This document shows, piece by piece, positions 59,945-64,000 of a stretch of DNA of 64,000 bases (positions are counted from its first letter, which is position 1; each line of letters starts with the position of its first letter). The position numbers and the translations under genes are program-made. Below the pieces are notes generated by a model that worked only from the letters and a program-made list of their open reading frames with translations, was not told where the DNA came from and did not search any database. The stretch is from Paraspadella gotoi (lineage: Eukaryota; Animalia; Chaetognatha). The stretch is from positions 23,115,514 to 23,179,513 of the forward strand of contig CM119265.1 in assembly GCA_051294375.1 (NCBI GenBank), in the 5' to 3' direction.

Positions 59945-62900
59945 CGTAAATAAAAGAATAGATCGTGCGTAAGAAAGAGAGAGAGAAAAAGATATAGATG
60001 TACATAAATAAAGATTTAAGAAGGAAACTCTCCATCTCGCATTTTCAAAATCTTAATATTGTATGAATCAACTATTCTGAACGTTTCTTAACAAAATCGT
60101 TACTACAATTGCCAGCGTCTTCGATAACGATTCCGTCGACTGGCAAGAAATCCGCCGCAAATATGACAAATTCAGATCGGACGAGGAAATGCACACTGCG
60201 GCCTCTGAAATCTCTTCCTCTCAAATTTACGGCAGAAAAATTATTACGGCGATAGTTGGAATTGTATCGTTTATCCTATTGATCAGTCTGCTGGTCCTCA
60301 ACAAACTATCCATCATGGCTGTAATTAGTAAGTGTTTCATTTTTTTGTTAAAATAATTGGAATCGCTGTTGAAAACCCCCCCAAAAAGAGTAGTTATTAT
60401 ATTTACGTTTATTACTTTTTAGGTTTAACTCAAGAAAAAGAAATTATAAGTCGGGAATCTTTAGGTGAGTTATATAAGATTTTTTCTTTTCAATTTAAAC
60501 TTATTCTGTTGCTAAATTGATGTATTGCTGTTTCTCTTCAGGGTTTCCAACTGAATATGAGATTGAAAGTCATCACTTTGAAGGTGAGAAAACTATTTCA
60601 ATATTTTTTTTGGAATAATACTTCGGAAAAATGTTATTTTGATAGACACTGACGCAAAATAAAGATATGTCTGTTCATCTTTACCAATTACGATAAAATT
60701 TATAATTATGAGTACTCACTTTTTAGGTTATTATAATTACTCTTCCTTAAATGGAACTAATGACGTAGACGTCAAATTATATTTCAAGAAATTACATGGG
60801 AAGAAAGTCAGCTGGCTTCCCGTTGATGCTGCCTTTCTCGGAAGAGTGCACGTCCTTTTTCTTTTGCTGATTCCAACCGCCGTTACTCTTCTTGTAAACG
60901 TTTTATCAGTTTTATTTGGAAAAAGAAGTTTGCCATCATTTAATGAATTTCTCTTCTTTTCATTTATGGAAGTCTGTCATACTGTAGGTTCCTGCTTATT
61001 ATTTTTCAATGTCTTACCAGAAATTGGGTTAGTACTGTCTCCTTTTTTATTTTGCGCGTCCGGATTGTTTGTTCCTTCACTTTTGGATATGATATTAAGC
61101 AGTAAAAAGAGCGAAACTATTTCATCAATATATCCAACAGTTACGTTTTCACTGGTCATACTCTGTATGGTCGTTGGGTCGGTAGTGCAAACTGATCACT
61201 TTGATCTTGGTTTCGCTGTTACTTCTTTTGTTGCGCTGACTTTGAGTTCGCTTGGTTATTGGGAAAGTTTTGCTGCAACTGATCAAATTTCGGGCCCAAA
61301 AACTCACAAGAATCCGCTATCCAAGTTGTCTGAATATCTATGTCTACTATCTAAGGAGATAATTATTCAAAATACTAGAAACTATAACCTAATTTTCAGT
61401 TCCATAATCAAAATTATATTTATCTTTATATTTTTTAGTATCAATGAAACAGTCAAGAAGAACTCAAATTTTCTCTACCAAGGTGACTACTTTATGAATA
61501 GTGGTATTTATTTTATTTCATTTGACACAACTACTTTAAAAATTGTATCTTCTAATCAAGCTACCTTTACGTGGTGGGCCGGAATACTGTCGTCTTTTTT
61601 ATGCACAGTTTTTAGTTATTCAACATGTCAAATGAATCTCCATTTCACTTATTCATTGTCCTTGATAATTTCTACACCCATAACTTTACTTTTTCTACTT
61701 TTTTTAAAGCAGACATCCACCTCAATGGGTGAAATAAGATTTTACCTTAGTAATATCGATTTTAATTTAAAAATCATCTCGTATTTTTTAATATCCTTTT
61801 GGTTTTTACAAATTTTATTATGTAGCAAATCTTTATTCACTCTTTTAAAAAGATTTTCAGAAAGTGAACGCATTTTCGTTTTTCCAAAGCTTTGCATATA
61901 TTCTGAAACAATTGAGCAATTTTTGTTGTTTACAAAGAGGAAGGATCTTATATTTTACGACAGAGCTTTAGCTCAAGAAGTGAGTTTAAGTCAAAGTTTT
62001 AACCCTTTAGCAATAAAAAAGCCAATCATTTTCTGTTGCGCAACAATGTGGCACGAAAATGCTGAAGAAATGAAGAGTCTAGTCTTATCTTTGTTGAGAT
62101 TAGATGAAGAAAAAAATGTTTCTGTTAACAACCAATTCCAGAATGATTTGTATGACATTGAGTGCCATATATTTTTTGATGACGCTTTTAAAACAACAAT
62201 AAAAAAACACAAAAAAATTGTTGTTCCAAATCAATATGTAGAAACGCTAATATCTGTAGTAGCAAGTATTAAAAAATGGCACAAAAAGGAAATGAAAAGT
62301 CCCTGCAAAATTAAAACACCATATGGAGCTAAGATTCGTTGGAAAATGCCAAATGGAACAGATCTTCATGTCCATTTAAAAGACCGAGAATTAATTCGGC
62401 ATAGAAAACGATGGAGTCAAATTATGTACATTCAATATCTCCTGACTTATAGAATCCAAGAAATGATAAAGGATATGAGTGAAAAAGTTTATAAAAATGT
62501 TTTGAAAAATGTTTATATACTTTCTCTTGATGGAGATGTCGATTTTCAACCTGAAGCTGTCCGTCATTTGTACTTCACTATGATGACTAACAAAAAAATT
62601 GGATCAGTCTGTGGTGTTATCAAGCCTCTGGGAAGTGGTTTGCTTTATTGGTATCAACGCTTTGAGTATGCTGTAGCTCATTGGTTGCAAAAGAGTGCAG
62701 AACATTCTCTTGGATCCGTTTTATGCTCTCCAGGGTGTTTTTCTTTGTTCAGAGCATCTGCTCTTGCTGATGATAATGTCGCAGAGACATATTCTAAGCT
62801 TGCAGAAAAACCTGAGCAAAGGATTCAATATGATCAGGGAGAGGACAGGTGGCTTTGTACCCTTTTAATTCAAAGAGGGTATTCCGTTGCTTACAATTCT

Positions 62901-64000
62901 AATTCTATATCATATACAAATGCTCCAGAAAATTTTCATGAATTTTACAACCAAAGACGTCGATGGGGACCATCCACAATAGCCAACGTAATTGACCTCT
63001 TATCATCAGCTTCAAAAACAGTAATGAAGAATGATAACATATCGTGGTTTTATATTATATACCAAGCTTTTCTTCTAATAATCTCTCTCATCGGTCCGGC
63101 TACTCTTCTTCTAGTCCTGACTGAGAATTTTACTTTTGTTGTTCAAAAAGTTAATGAGAAAAGTATTTCAAGCAAAACGCCGAAACTTAATATTTGTGAT
63201 AAAAATGAATCTAAAATAGATACTGCTGAAATAGTTACTTTAGCTATTGTGATCACCGCAACTGGTGTATATGTCATGCTATGCAAATTTTTGCCATCAA
63301 GAATACAGATCAATGTTGCATTTGTTTTTACAATAATATCAGCATTTGTTATGCTAATGGTTTTTATTGGAATTCTTATTACTATTGCAGAAAAAATATT
63401 TGCAAGTCTTCAGACCCTTATAATAATACTTTTTTCGGGTATTTTGTTTATATCAGCAATTCTTCACTTAGCAATATTTGATTTTTTTTGTGGATTAATA
63501 TACGTCCTTCTCATCCCTAGTATGTATCTTTTTTTAGCAATCTATGGATTTAGCAATCTAAATAATATTTCTTGGGGAACAAGAGAAGAAACAAAGTCAA
63601 CCAAAAGTGAAAAGGTACCAACATCCTTCACAGAGGCACTTGAACAGCAGCTGAGTGGGTTTTTTCATGCAGTTCAAAATCTAATTCGCTCATGTTGTTT
63701 AACATGTTTTCCATGCATGTTTAGCGAACCCAAAATACTATCAGAAATTAACTACAACTTAACACAACTTGCTGAAAAACAAAAAGAAAATAATACAAGT
63801 GTGTTAATAATTCAACCTGAAACTATAGAAAATTCTGACAGAGAAATAATAGAAAGTGTTGAAAAAATGGAAAGTTGTTTAAATGAAACTCATGAAACAA
63901 TAGATTTATTTCTTCAATGTTGGCTTGAAAGTCAAGTTCCAAAGCATTTTCCAGGGTTAACCAACTTCGATCTTTCCAATCTTCGAGATTCTCAAAATAT
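59720..64000 (+). CDS. CHS: Chitin synthase 2 (tandem paralog, truncated by window end); exons 59720-59778, 60116-60327, 60423-60464, 60542-60583, 60727->64000
   Basis: CATMWHE (~62036), LDGDVD (~62526), GEDRW (~62838), QRRRW (~62952), SWGTRE (~63570); colinear with CHS1; absent from the ORF track, presumably because no stop precedes the window end. Confidence 0.93.

Overview
AT-rich, intron-containing animal (invertebrate-like) genomic DNA, not prokaryotic. Genes: an FAAH2-like amidase (+) scattered over three partial copies; a ceramide-kinase-like gene (-), once intact and once as an indel-riddled duplicate; an unidentified frameshifted multi-exon gene (~10.9-14.7 kb); an orphan single-pass membrane glycoprotein; and two tandem chitin synthases, the second running off the window and missed by the ORF track. 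Much of ~2-29 kb looks like error-prone long-read gap-fill with a 25-N gap and redundant copies. The most interesting signal is non-coding. (1) Three different short dispersed repeat families share a circularly permuted (type-P5) twister-ribozyme-like fold with compensatory base changes, a minimal palindromic P1, and in two families an upstream tRNA-like head. (2) A non-autonomous Penelope-like element family carries minimal hammerhead ribozymes in outward-facing inverted terminal repeats, one copy with a 12-bp target-site duplication. All alignments and folds were done by eye and none is experimentally verified.
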